Shown piece after piece: positions 19,099 through 28,383 of a stretch of 64,000 nt of DNA. The position numbers were made by a program, and so were the translations under genes. A model generated the notes under the pieces. It saw only the letters and a program-made list of their open reading frames with translations, was not told the DNA's origin and did no database searches. This stretch comes from Myxococcota bacterium. Its GTDB lineage: Bacteria; Myxococcota_A; Polyangia; Polyangiales; Houyiibacteriaceae. Within the stretch, counting starts at the first letter, position 1. Each line of letters starts with the position of its first letter. Location: assembly GCA_039030515.1 (NCBI GenBank), contig JBCCEA010000006.1, positions 32,001 through 96,000 on the forward strand, given 5' to 3'.

Positions 19099-20363
19099 GA
19101 TGGGTACCAGACCTTTCTTGAATAGATCGCCTCAGACACGAAAGGAAGCAGAGGCAGGGCCCTCATGACCTTTGCGATGTCTCTGAGACTGGGGGTCTCT
19201 GAGAGAAAGCGCAGGAGTGGGGCGGTCGGGGTGTGGTCGAACAGGCGAACGAAAATCTCAGGAGCGGTTTCCGGTCGACGGATCAGATAGCTCAGGAAGA
19301 TCACGTCCAGCGTATGCAGTATGCGTGTATTAAGTTCTGGTATCACATTACCCAGAGAGTCGCGGCTACCCAGAGAGTCGCGGCTACCCAGAGAGTCTCG
19401 GCTACCCAGAGAGTCTCGGCTGCCCAGGGACATGCGAGTTCCTGCTCTACTCCACCTAAGGGATCCATCAGGCTGCACGAAACGGGCAATAGCTGCAGAC
19501 TGACGCTGAATATTCAGGAACGCGTACCCGGTTGAAGGGCGGATCATGCCGCCGGCGATCCCGAGGTAGCGGATGTTCTCTGAGGGGGTACGCTCAAAAC
19601 CCGCAGCCATCGGTAGGACCCCCTGCTCTTTGCGGAGAATCTCATAGCCCCCAGGTATGTTCTCTAGAAAAGCCTCTAACGCTCTCTCGTACGTACTTGC
19701 GGGAAGTGGCGCTGCAGAAAAATAGGTGTCTTCGATCAGCGCCTCCTTGGGACCAAAGGGTAAAACGTAGGTAAAATGGATGCCGTCGCGTTGGGAGCAA
19801 CGAAAGTCCATCAGTGTCACGTGATCAGGATCGAAATACGCCCGATCGGTCCGCACGTGCCAACCATGGAAATGCTGCAGTAAAAAGTCTTTTTTATTGC
19901 ACTTGCTCTGAATATATTCCCAGGAAGGTGGGCGGGCATCAAATACGTGGTTGGCACGTAGCTCGCCTTGATCGGTTTGGATGCACACGTAGTCACCTCG
20001 GTCTTCGCACGAAGAAACCCGAACCCCCATGTGTAGCGGCAGCCCCTGGGGTCGATCGAGTTTGGACTGTGCATGCGCGTAAAATGTGGCCGCGGGTATG
20101 TACTCGTACGGTTGATCCAAAAGGGAGCGCCTGACCGTCCGCTCTGGCCCGGCCACCTCGAGATGGTGCCAGCGATGACCTACACACTCTTCGAACGGAT
20201 GGCGCAAAGATCGAAAATAACACCAGGTACGGTCGTGCTCGAACTGTGAGCGCGATTCCAAGATGACGGCTCTGCCTCCGTCAAAGCCCCGCCCTAGAAG
20301 ATGCACGCCAAGACTCAGTCCAGAGCAGCCCCCGCCGATGATTGCAACCTCAACGTCGGTCAA
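19095..20363 (-). CDS. crtY: Lycopene beta-cyclase (CrtY/CrtL flavoprotein)
   Basis: IIGGGCSGLSL, DRTWC, LMDFR, FTYVLPF, ALIEDTYFS, EQGVLPM, RPSTGYAF. Confidence 0.85.
   Translation of the reverse strand: MTDVEVAIIGGGCSGLSLGVHLLGRGFDGGRAVILESRSQFEHDRTWCYFRSLRHPFEECVGHRWHHLEVAGPERTVRRSLLDQPYEYIPAATFYAHAQSKLDRPQGLPLHMGVRVSSCEDRGDYVCIQTDQGELRANHVFDARPPSWEYIQSKCNKKDFLLQHFHGWHVRTDRAYFDPDHVTLMDFRCSQRDGIHFTYVLPFGPKEALIEDTYFSAAPLPASTYERALEAFLENIPGGYEILRKEQGVLPMAAGFERTPSENIRYLGIAGGMIRPSTGYAFLNIQRQSAAIARFVQPDGSLRWSRAGTRMSLGSRDSLGSRDSLGSRDSLGSRDSLGNVIPELNTRILHTLDVIFLSYLIRRPETAPEIFVRLFDHTPTAPLLRFLSETPSLRDIAKVMRALPLLPFVSEAIYSRKVWYPS
19349..19430. repeat. 18-bp in-frame tandem repeat x4.5 inside crtY (SLGSRD)
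   Basis: TACCCAGAGAGTC(G/T)CGGC units. Confidence 0.95.
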
Positions 20364-20406
20364 CTGGGCTTCCGAGGTCTGACACGCTGGCGGGTCATAG
20401 GGATCC

Positions 20407-21963
20407 TTAGGCTGCGCGAACCATACCGGCGAGCATGCCTCTCGGTGGAACGCTGAATAAAGCCTCCTCTTTGACTTCGAGTCTTCGAAGAAGTTGGTTT
20501 GCCGCCATCATTCCTGAGGCGACCGCTCGCTCCATAAGCGCGCACGGAAAAGGCATTCGAACAAAGTCACCTGCGAGCATGAGTCCATCGATCCCAGACT
20601 CAACGGATGGGCGATGCCGGTGGCTACCGGGTTGAAAAGCCGGGCAGTCCCGGCGAATGATCAGTCGCTCGTCGTGGATGATCGCTTCGCGCAGCTCTGG
20701 ATAAAGCTGCCTGCAGCGCTCGAGGAGCTCCTCCCGAATTGAGGCCGGAGCGCGCGAGGGATCGACCCCATACGCATGGAGCTCCACAACCGATCCACCT
20801 CGGGCATGGCTCCACTTTCGACTCTCGTCTTCGAGGCGCTCAAACAGACTGATGTTGTCTAAAATGCCCGCATCGGCGGTTCCGGCAAAAGGTGCCCTCG
20901 AAGGATCGCAGGGGCGGTCTGTCCACAGCCGAAGCACGGCAAAAGGCCAGGTAACCTCCAGTGAATTCACTGAGCGAACGAGGTGATCGCTGGCGAGACC
21001 GGGAGAATCGTCGATGAGGCGTTTGAGGCCGTCCACGTGGAGCGCAAGGACGATGCCGTCGTAGTTCTTTTTGCCGCGGGTCGTCACCGCTTGAAATCCG
21101 CTTTGGGTTTTTTCGAGCTGCTGCACCGTTTCCCCAGCGCGAATCTGTACGTTCAAGGCTTCAAGATAGCGCTGCAGTGGACCGAAGATCGCGCGATCAA
21201 AGGGTTTGTCGAGCACGTCGAACACCAGGCCCTCAGGGTTTCCGACGAAATAAAAATGGAACATGGCGAGCAGCTCGGCGGCCGAATAGTGCGGCTCCGG
21301 ATTGAAAAACGAATGACTGAACACATCGAAAAGCATGCGTCTCGCGTCGGGCGGAAAGCGCAGCCCGTCCAAATAGTCGCGCGCGCTCATATGATCGAAG
21401 CGCGCATAGGTGGTTTCTGGATCGAACTGAAGCATCGCGAGTGCGCGGTCGGAGCGGATGCGGAGCAGATCTCTCAAGGTGAGGGTAGGAGTGCGCCACA
21501 TGAGCGATAAAAAGTTAAAGGGCGTTTGCTTTGGAATTCCCGAGAAACTCTGGGTCATTCCGCCCGGAGCGATCAGCGGGTAGTCTTGCATCGGAACGAG
21601 GGATTCCTCCCCATTGAAGCGACGCATCAGTGCTCTCAGATTGTAGTATTGCCTAAAGAATGCATGAAACCCCCGTTCCATCGAGAACTGGGTGCCGTCC
21701 TTGAGTTCGTCCTTCCACGCACCGAGGCGTCCACCCAGCACCTCCTCTTTTTCAAAAACCTCCACTTCGACTCCGCGTTCTGCGAGCACAGTGGCTGCGG
21801 CGAGTCCCGCAAGACCTCCCCCGATGATCGCAATGCGATGCCCCTCAGGTGCCCGCGATCTTGTAGCGGAGTGGGTATGCGGCACTTTTTGAGGTGTCTT
21901 GTGATGTTCCGGGGAGAAGAAAGGGAAGGTTCCGCTCAGCTTTTGCGCAAGACGGTTACGCAT
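20407..21963 (-). CDS. crtU: Carotenoid phi-ring synthase (isorenieratene synthase, CrtU-like)
   Basis: IIGGGLAGLAAATVLAERG, MERGFHAFFRQYYNLRAL, FHFYFVGNPEGLVFDV, VVELHAY, ALMERAVASG; start MRNRLAQ overlaps the upstream stop. Confidence 0.8.
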   Translation of the reverse strand: MRNRLAQKLSGTFPFFSPEHHKTPQKVPHTHSATRSRAPEGHRIAIIGGGLAGLAAATVLAERGVEVEVFEKEEVLGGRLGAWKDELKDGTQFSMERGFHAFFRQYYNLRALMRRFNGEESLVPMQDYPLIAPGGMTQSFSGIPKQTPFNFLSLMWRTPTLTLRDLLRIRSDRALAMLQFDPETTYARFDHMSARDYLDGLRFPPDARRMLFDVFSHSFFNPEPHYSAAELLAMFHFYFVGNPEGLVFDVLDKPFDRAIFGPLQRYLEALNVQIRAGETVQQLEKTQSGFQAVTTRGKKNYDGIVLALHVDGLKRLIDDSPGLASDHLVRSVNSLEVTWPFAVLRLWTDRPCDPSRAPFAGTADAGILDNISLFERLEDESRKWSHARGGSVVELHAYGVDPSRAPASIREELLERCRQLYPELREAIIHDERLIIRRDCPAFQPGSHRHRPSVESGIDGLMLAGDFVRMPFPCALMERAVASGMMAANQLLRRLEVKEEALFSVPPRGMLAGMVRAA

Positions 21964-22846
21964 CGGACGCTCCTGCCCGATCCGCTCCGGATCTCGCCTC
22001 CTTGCCGCCGATCTCGTCGCTAGGGCACGGTGTGATCTCAGCGCTCGGGCACGGTGTGATCTCATCGCTAGGGCACGGTGTGATCTCATCGCTAGGGCAC
22101 GGTGTGATCTCATCGCTAGGGCACGGTGTGATCTCAGCGCTCGGGCGCTGGGCAACGAAAGAATGCAGAATGCCCCGCTGCCATCCCTTCATCGGGTGGG
22201 TTCGTACGCGTACAAAACCCGCTCGCGAGAGCCGCTTTTCAAACTCCAAAACCGAATCGAATTCAAAGACGCTGCGGCGAAGATAGCGATAGATCTCGGT
22301 CGTTCCTGCAGTGAGAGCGCCACCTGGGATGATGATCCCGGCGGTCACCGCGTTCCACACGAGCTTGCTTCGTATACTCCCAGCAACGCTGTATTCATGA
22401 AAGCAAATCCTGCCTTCAGGTTGCAATATTGTACGGATTCCCTCCAGGCATCGATCCATATTCGGCACGTTGCGAATCCCGTACGCCATAAGGACTCCGT
22501 CGAAAGGGCCGTGGATACCTGCGGCTCCAAGGTCCATGGCGTTGCCCACTACGAAGCGAGCATGGGAGGCGATCGGTTTCGTCTTGGCGCGTTCGATCAT
22601 CTTTGCAGATGCGTCCACCCCGACAATCTCGGCGCCTGGATAAACAGAGTGTAGCGCCGCAGTGGAAGTGCCGGTGCCGCAGCAGAGATCGAGAACGCGG
22701 GCCCTCCTCGGCATACCCAACCTCTGCGCGCTCTGTCGTAAGTGTGCGCGATATCCAGGGTTCAGGCCGGTAAGCAGATCGTAGGTCGAGGCGATCCGAT
22801 CGAATTTGGAAGGCACTGCTGCCTTTGTTTTTGCATCAAGAGGCAT
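21956..22846 (-). CDS. UbiE-like SAM methyltransferase (CrtT-like)
   Basis: YDLLTGLNPGY, VLDLCCGTG, FHEYSV, GWQRGILHSF; next to crtU. Confidence 0.8.
   Translation of the reverse strand: MPLDAKTKAAVPSKFDRIASTYDLLTGLNPGYRAHLRQSAQRLGMPRRARVLDLCCGTGTSTAALHSVYPGAEIVGVDASAKMIERAKTKPIASHARFVVGNAMDLGAAGIHGPFDGVLMAYGIRNVPNMDRCLEGIRTILQPEGRICFHEYSVAGSIRSKLVWNAVTAGIIIPGGALTAGTTEIYRYLRRSVFEFDSVLEFEKRLSRAGFVRVRTHPMKGWQRGILHSFVAQRPSAEITPCPSDEITPCPSDEITPCPSDEITPCPSAEITPCPSDEIGGKEARSGADRAGASDA
22010..22146. repeat. 24-bp tandem repeat x5.7 at the methyltransferase/crtU junction
   Basis: GATCTCATCGCTAGGGCACGGTGT units starting 22010, 22034, 22058, 22082, 22106, 22130. Confidence 0.95.
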
Positions 22847-22847
22847 G

Positions 22848-25256
22848 TTACGCCGCCATCGTTTGGACTAGGGCTTCAGCTTGTTTTAGCCGCGGTTCGG
22901 AGTCGGCTTTCTTAGGCATAACGACCTTGGAGCCTGATTTGAGAAGCAGCCAGAGTTTTCGCCTGGAGCTCGTATAGGCACGGTGGTTCACGGAATCAAA
23001 ACCCTTCTTTCTGATTTGGTTTCCGATGTCTGCGTAGGCGACGCTGGCCGCCTGAATCGCGACCCGACTCTCCCAAGGAAGCAGGTGAATGCCTGGCTCG
23101 GCGCTGGCAAAGTAGCGATCTGCCTCTCTTAGAAGACGCGCGACAACGCGTGCAATCTCGGGTTTGAACGCCGGATTCTCCAGCCAGCGGTCGGCGTCTA
23201 TCCCCTCTGATCGGAGCCAGTCACGCGGCAGATAGAGGCGTCCGCTTTGCGCGTCTTCGCCGACGTCTCGGGCGATATTGGTGAGCTGCATCGCGACCCC
23301 AAGGTCGCAGGCGCGAAAGAGCGCCTCGGTGTCTCGACGGCCCATCACCGTGCTCATCAAGACGCCTACAGTCGACGCGACTCGAACGCAGTACTCTAGA
23401 AGATCGTCAAGGCTCTCATACGGTCTGCCTTCTAGATCCCAATGAAACCCTTGGAGCATCAGGTCAAATACTTCTTTCGGAATGGCGTGCTCCCGTACCA
23501 CCTTTCGAAGGGCGCGGTCCGCCGGGTGCGCTGGAGCCTGATCGGTGGGCAATTCGGAATGAGCCTCCCCATACACATCGGCGATTCGCTTTCGGATCGA
23601 GTCGAGATCCTGCCCCTCGTCGATCGCGTCATCTGCTTGACGACAAAAGGCGTAGGTGGCGATCGCAGCCTTGCGGACTTTTGGCGGGAGCAATCGGCTC
23701 GCCAGGTAAAAGCTGCGACTGCCGAAACGAAGTAAAGATTCGCAGGTCGCAAGATCCGATGCTTCTGTATCAAGCTGGTCTACGTCGGGGACCACGCGAT
23801 CGAGTACTCGCGCCGCCGAGAGCACTCCCGGTACACCTGCTCCTGGATGGGTGCCGGCGCCGACCAGGTACAGCCGATCCACATCCTCGCTTGCGTTGTG
23901 GGGCCGAAAGTATGCGCTCTGAGTGAGGAGTGGCTCCACTCCGAAGGCGGCTCCTCGAAAAGACAAATAGTCGTCCTGAAACCCTTGGGGCGTGAGGACA
24001 ACCGACGCCTTTAGATGCTTGCTCAGGTTTGGCAGTAGGGACTGCTCAAGGTAGCGCTCGATCCTTGTTCGATACGCCTCGGCTTGGGTGTTCCAGTCAG
24101 TGCCTGATTCGAGATGAGGCACGGGGGAAAGTACGTAAAAACTGTCGTGATCCGCGGGTGCAAGACTGGGGTCGGTTGCGGTCGGACGGTGTAAATAAAG
24201 GCTAAAATCGTCTGCCAGAACCTTCCGCTGAAATATATCGCGGAGCAGTTCCTCAAAGCGCGGGCCGAGAAGGATCGTGTGATGTGCGACGTCCTCGTAG
24301 CGCCTATCGGTACCGAAATACCAAACAAAGAGGCTCATTGAAGAACTCAGTCTTTCCAGGCGCCGATCGGTCCAGTGCCGACGGACGCTTGGATCGACGA
24401 GATGCTTGTAGGTCCAAACCGAGTCTGCATTGGACACGACAATATCCGCAGTTAGCGTTTCGCCGGAGGCCAACTGAACGCCGGTCGCTCGGTTCCCCTG
24501 GAGACAAATCCGAGTGACTTCCTCCTCAAGACGAAGCGTGCCCTGCTGCGATTCGATAAGCTTTACTAGTCCATCGACAAGCGCTTTGGTTCCGCCCATC
24601 GCAAAGTGAACTCCCCACTTACGCTCTAGGTATGCGATCAATGTGTAAATACTCGTGGTGCTAAACGGGTTTCCACCGACCAGCAGAGGGTGAAAAGAGA
24701 GCGCCTGTCGTACCTTCTCGTTCTTGATGTACTTTTGGACAAGGCCGGAGACAGTTCGGTGGTTTTCTAGTCGAATCATGTCCGGCACGATCCGCGCCAT
24801 ATCCTGAACGCGCAGAAAGGGAACGTGCGCCAGCCGTTCGAAACCCACTTTGAAGATTCGCTCGCTGTGGGAGACGAAGGCGTCGTACCCCTCTACGTCG
24901 GACGGAGAAAACTGCGCGATTTGGGTTCGCATCGCTTGGGCATCTCCGCTGTAGTCGAAGGTGCTTCCGTCGTCGTATCGGATTCGATAAAACGGGTGCA
25001 CTGCGCTGAGATCTACATCGTCACTCAAAGTTCGCCCGCAGAGCTGCCAGAGCTCTTCGAAAAGAAACGGGGCAGTGATCACGGTAGGGCCGGCGTCGAA
25101 GACAAAGCCGTCTTTGCGAAACACACGGGCCCGGCCCCCGGGCTGATCGAGCCGATCGACGATCGTGCACCGGTATCCTCTGGCGCCAAGACGAACTGCG
25201 GCTGCGAGACCACCAAAGCCCGCTCCGATAATGACTGCGTGTGGAATCCTAGACAT
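22848..25256 (-). CDS. crtI-crtB: Fused phytoene desaturase - phytoene synthase (CrtI-CrtB)
   Basis: N-terminal part GAGFGG, FDAGPTVIT, GAGTHPGAGVPGV; C-terminal part GSRSFYLAS, FCRQADDAID, QLTNIARDVGED, GRLYLP; one 802-aa frame. Confidence 0.93.
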   Translation of the reverse strand: MSRIPHAVIIGAGFGGLAAAVRLGARGYRCTIVDRLDQPGGRARVFRKDGFVFDAGPTVITAPFLFEELWQLCGRTLSDDVDLSAVHPFYRIRYDDGSTFDYSGDAQAMRTQIAQFSPSDVEGYDAFVSHSERIFKVGFERLAHVPFLRVQDMARIVPDMIRLENHRTVSGLVQKYIKNEKVRQALSFHPLLVGGNPFSTTSIYTLIAYLERKWGVHFAMGGTKALVDGLVKLIESQQGTLRLEEEVTRICLQGNRATGVQLASGETLTADIVVSNADSVWTYKHLVDPSVRRHWTDRRLERLSSSMSLFVWYFGTDRRYEDVAHHTILLGPRFEELLRDIFQRKVLADDFSLYLHRPTATDPSLAPADHDSFYVLSPVPHLESGTDWNTQAEAYRTRIERYLEQSLLPNLSKHLKASVVLTPQGFQDDYLSFRGAAFGVEPLLTQSAYFRPHNASEDVDRLYLVGAGTHPGAGVPGVLSAARVLDRVVPDVDQLDTEASDLATCESLLRFGSRSFYLASRLLPPKVRKAAIATYAFCRQADDAIDEGQDLDSIRKRIADVYGEAHSELPTDQAPAHPADRALRKVVREHAIPKEVFDLMLQGFHWDLEGRPYESLDDLLEYCVRVASTVGVLMSTVMGRRDTEALFRACDLGVAMQLTNIARDVGEDAQSGRLYLPRDWLRSEGIDADRWLENPAFKPEIARVVARLLREADRYFASAEPGIHLLPWESRVAIQAASVAYADIGNQIRKKGFDSVNHRAYTSSRRKLWLLLKSGSKVVMPKKADSEPRLKQAEALVQTMAA

Positions 25257-25462
25257 ATCGAATACCTATAGTGCCGTAGAACTCGCTGGAAAAGTGGGCT
25301 CAGCGACCCAACCAAAGAAGCCGTCTACCCTCCCTTGAGTCTGCCAAACCCTAGCTCGGCGTGCAGAGTGACGGCCCGGTCAGCCAGCGGCGCTTTCGCG
25401 AGAAGTACGAACCTGCTACCACGCTCGCAAACCACACGAAACGCCGAGGCAATATTGGAACA

Positions 25463-26230
25463 ATGCAGCCGTTAGTAGGTCCACCGCTCATCGCGAAATT
25501 GCGCTCCGGTCCCGGGCGAGTCCGGAGGTCCAGCGGGCGCCTCACCCGAGCTGCGCTTTTTGCGCTGGAAACGATATCGGATCTACGCTCCGCTCGGTTT
25601 CCAGTCGGGGTTCAGGAAAAAGCGAGGCGGCTCTCTTGGGTGACCGAAAACATGTGTGCGCTACACGGCATACAGGTGGTTTGCGAGGGCTCCGTGCCTG
25701 ATGGTCCCGTGGTCGTCGCTTCGAATCACCTAAGCTACATCGACCCGCTCGCGATCTGTTCGCTCTTGCCGTGCGTGCCGATCGCAAAACGGGAAATCGC
25801 TGGATGGCCCGTACTTGGCGACGTGTTTTCAGGCCTTGGGTTGCTGCTCGTCGATCGCGACTGCGCGCTGAGTGGTGCGCGCGTCCTTTTGCAGTCGCGG
25901 GGAGTCTTACGAGATCAAGCGTCTGTACTGACCTTCCCAGAGGGCACGACGACCGACGGCACAGACGTGTTGCCGTTTCGTCGAGGCATTTTCGGCCTAG
26001 CTCAAATAGAGAACGTGCCTGTCGTTCCGGTGGGTGTGCGTTACGATTCTGCGGAACTTTGCTGGATAGGGGGCGATACCTTCGTGCCCCACTACGTGAA
26101 AACCACGTCTCGCGACTCGACCCAGGTCCGAGTCGTCTTTGGGGCACCGATCGATCCTCGCTCGTTTCCCACCGCACAAGCGCTCGCTGAGTGCGTCCGG
26201 CAGCAGGTGCGCGCTATGATCACGAGCTGA
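25463..26230 (+). CDS. PlsC/OlsA-family lysolipid acyltransferase
   Basis: NHLSYID (HX4D), AKREI, FPEGTT. Confidence 0.88.
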   Translation: MQPLVGPPLIAKLRSGPGRVRRSSGRLTRAALFALETISDLRSARFPVGVQEKARRLSWVTENMCALHGIQVVCEGSVPDGPVVVASNHLSYIDPLAICSLLPCVPIAKREIAGWPVLGDVFSGLGLLLVDRDCALSGARVLLQSRGVLRDQASVLTFPEGTTTDGTDVLPFRRGIFGLAQIENVPVVPVGVRYDSAELCWIGGDTFVPHYVKTTSRDSTQVRVVFGAPIDPRSFPTAQALAECVRQQVRAMITS

Positions 26231-26274
26231 CTCCCATCGAGTCAGGCAGACATTCCCATCGAGTCAGAAAGACT

Positions 26275-27300
26275 ATGCGCACGAGCTTGCCGGAACTGGA
26301 GCTTTACGAAACGATCTTAGGCCGGCTTGGCTCCCGCGCTCGGGTCGAAGTCATGGATCGCGTGCGCTACCGAGGGGAGGAATTGCCTCTTTACGGTACG
26401 GTACTCGGCAGTTCCGATCCGAACGTACCTACCTTCGGACTCGTCGGAGGCGTGCACGGGCTGGAACGAATCGGGAGCCGAGTGGTACTCGCCTGGATGC
26501 ACACCCTTTCGGAGCTGCTCGACTGGGACGACCTTGTGGTTCAAGCGCTCGAATGCACTCGATTGGTGTTCGCTCCGATCGTCAATCCCTGGGGCCTTTT
26601 GCTGCGAAAGCGAAGCAACGTTTCAGGAGTCGACCTCATGCGAAATGCGCCTCCTCACGAGCAAGGCCGGGGAAGCCTCTTGGTGGGAGGCCAGCGCATC
26701 TCCCCGCGTCTTCCCTGGTACATGGGCGAGGTGGGGGCTCCTATGCAACCTGAAGCGCGCGCACTTTGCGACTTTATACGCAAGCATGTGTTCCCCGGCC
26801 GCCCGTCGATCGTGCTCGATTGTCACTCGGGCTTTGGCTTCAAGGACCGACTCTGGTTTCCCTACGCACGCACCCGGCGCCCCTTTCCCCACCTGGCGGA
26901 GGTGTATGCGCTCAACAGGCTATTCGACGCGACGCTGCCCAATCACGTGTATCGATTTGAGCCTCAGGCCCGTAACTACACCGTTCGCGGGGATCTCTGG
27001 GATTACCTCCACGATCAACATCAGGATTCCGAGCACCGCGATGCAACCTTCTTGCCGCTGACGTTAGAGATGGGCTCCTGGCGGTGGGTCAAGAAGAATC
27101 CAAGACAGATCCTCACCGCGCTCGGCGGTTTCAATCCGGTCAAGCCACACCGCCTGCGTCGAACCCTGCGGCGCCATGTTCAGCTGTTCGACTTTCTGTA
27201 CCGCGCTACGGCTAGTTCTCGTCGATGGCTCAGCGAAGACCCTGAGGTTCGCGAAAGTCGAGAGGCCGAAGCGTTCCGCCTGTGGTTCTCTCGGTCGTAG
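26275..27300 (+). CDS. M14 zinc carboxypeptidase-like protein (DUF2817)
   Basis: GGVHGLE (HxxE), NPWG, DLMRN, LDCHSG, LTLEMG. Confidence 0.85.
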   Translation: MRTSLPELELYETILGRLGSRARVEVMDRVRYRGEELPLYGTVLGSSDPNVPTFGLVGGVHGLERIGSRVVLAWMHTLSELLDWDDLVVQALECTRLVFAPIVNPWGLLLRKRSNVSGVDLMRNAPPHEQGRGSLLVGGQRISPRLPWYMGEVGAPMQPEARALCDFIRKHVFPGRPSIVLDCHSGFGFKDRLWFPYARTRRPFPHLAEVYALNRLFDATLPNHVYRFEPQARNYTVRGDLWDYLHDQHQDSEHRDATFLPLTLEMGSWRWVKKNPRQILTALGGFNPVKPHRLRRTLRRHVQLFDFLYRATASSRRWLSEDPEVRESREAEAFRLWFSRS

Positions 27301-27440
27301 GGACGCCGCGCGGACTCCAGTCGAATTAACCCTCTGCTCAAAGCGGACTGATATGTGCCACTCATCCTCATCACACTCGAGCGTCTCTCAAATACCTGTG
27401 CTGCCGCCGTCTTGTCGCAGCGAACAAAGGAGCTTTCAAG

Positions 27441-28283
27441 ATGCGTGCTGACTCCGAAGAAAGGGCTGCCAAGGGCGCCACTCGATCGGTGTACCCGGTT
27501 CACCACGATGCACTCCCCCCCGGCACGTTGAGTACGGGCCGTTATCTGCTGCGATTTGCCTCGGGCCCGGAGGATCTCGAAGCCATTCAGCGGCTGCGAT
27601 TTGAGGTGTTCAACCTAGAGCTCGACGAAGGCCTGGATTCCGCTTTCGAAACCGGCCGCGATGAAGACGAGTTCGACGCCGTATGCCACCACCTGATGGT
27701 CTTTGAACGAAAAAGCAACGCCATCGTCGGCACGTATCGCGTCATGATCGAGCCAATGGCCCTGTCGAGAGGCGGGTTTTACTCCGAGTCGGAATTCGAT
27801 TTTACCGGCCTACCGGACTCGGTTCGCTTTCGGGGGGTGGAGATCGGTCGCGTCTGCGTGGCTCAGGAGCATCGAAATGGTCGGGTCATCCACCTTCTTT
27901 GGCGTGGCCTTGCCCGCTACCTTGACTGGAATCAGAAGCGTTTCCTTTTCGGCTGCTGTTCCGTGCCGACGACCGATGAAGGAGCCGCTTGGGCGCTGCA
28001 CCAGCGACTGCAGTCTGAGGCGCAATTTCACAAGGAAGTTCGGATAGAGCCTCTGCCCGAACTCCGCTGCGCAGAATCTGCCGCTCCTCAAGCTCCAGCA
28101 GAAATACCCCCTATTTTTGCAAGTTACCTTTCCTTCGGTGCCCGGGTGTGCAGTGCGCCGGCCATCGATCGCGCGTTCAAGGTTGTGGACTTCTTCGTGA
28201 TCTTCGATCTCGAAGATCTGGAACCGCGAGCCCGACGCAGTTTCTTTGATTCAGGCCGCTGGAAGATAGATCAGGCGAGCTAG
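27441..28283 (+). CDS. GNAT N-acyltransferase, OlsB-like (amino-lipid synthesis)
   Basis: QRLRFEVFNLE, DEDEFD, VGTYR, FYSESEFD, EIGRVCV, LFGCCS. Confidence 0.85.
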   Translation: MRADSEERAAKGATRSVYPVHHDALPPGTLSTGRYLLRFASGPEDLEAIQRLRFEVFNLELDEGLDSAFETGRDEDEFDAVCHHLMVFERKSNAIVGTYRVMIEPMALSRGGFYSESEFDFTGLPDSVRFRGVEIGRVCVAQEHRNGRVIHLLWRGLARYLDWNQKRFLFGCCSVPTTDEGAAWALHQRLQSEAQFHKEVRIEPLPELRCAESAAPQAPAEIPPIFASYLSFGARVCSAPAIDRAFKVVDFFVIFDLEDLEPRARRSFFDSGRWKIDQAS

Positions 28284-28383
28284 GGTGATGCCTTTACCCC
28301 CGGCACACGATTTTTTCTCTCGAGGCGTCAGTCGCTTTCGTCGATCGATGGGCTGTAGTCGACCAGGTCGCTTGGGCCAGGTC

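Noticed and set aside
22010..22146. Possible CRISPR array (also 19349-19430, 41479-41541, 7571-7620)
   Set aside because: Units are head-to-tail with no unique spacers, and there are no cas genes in the window.
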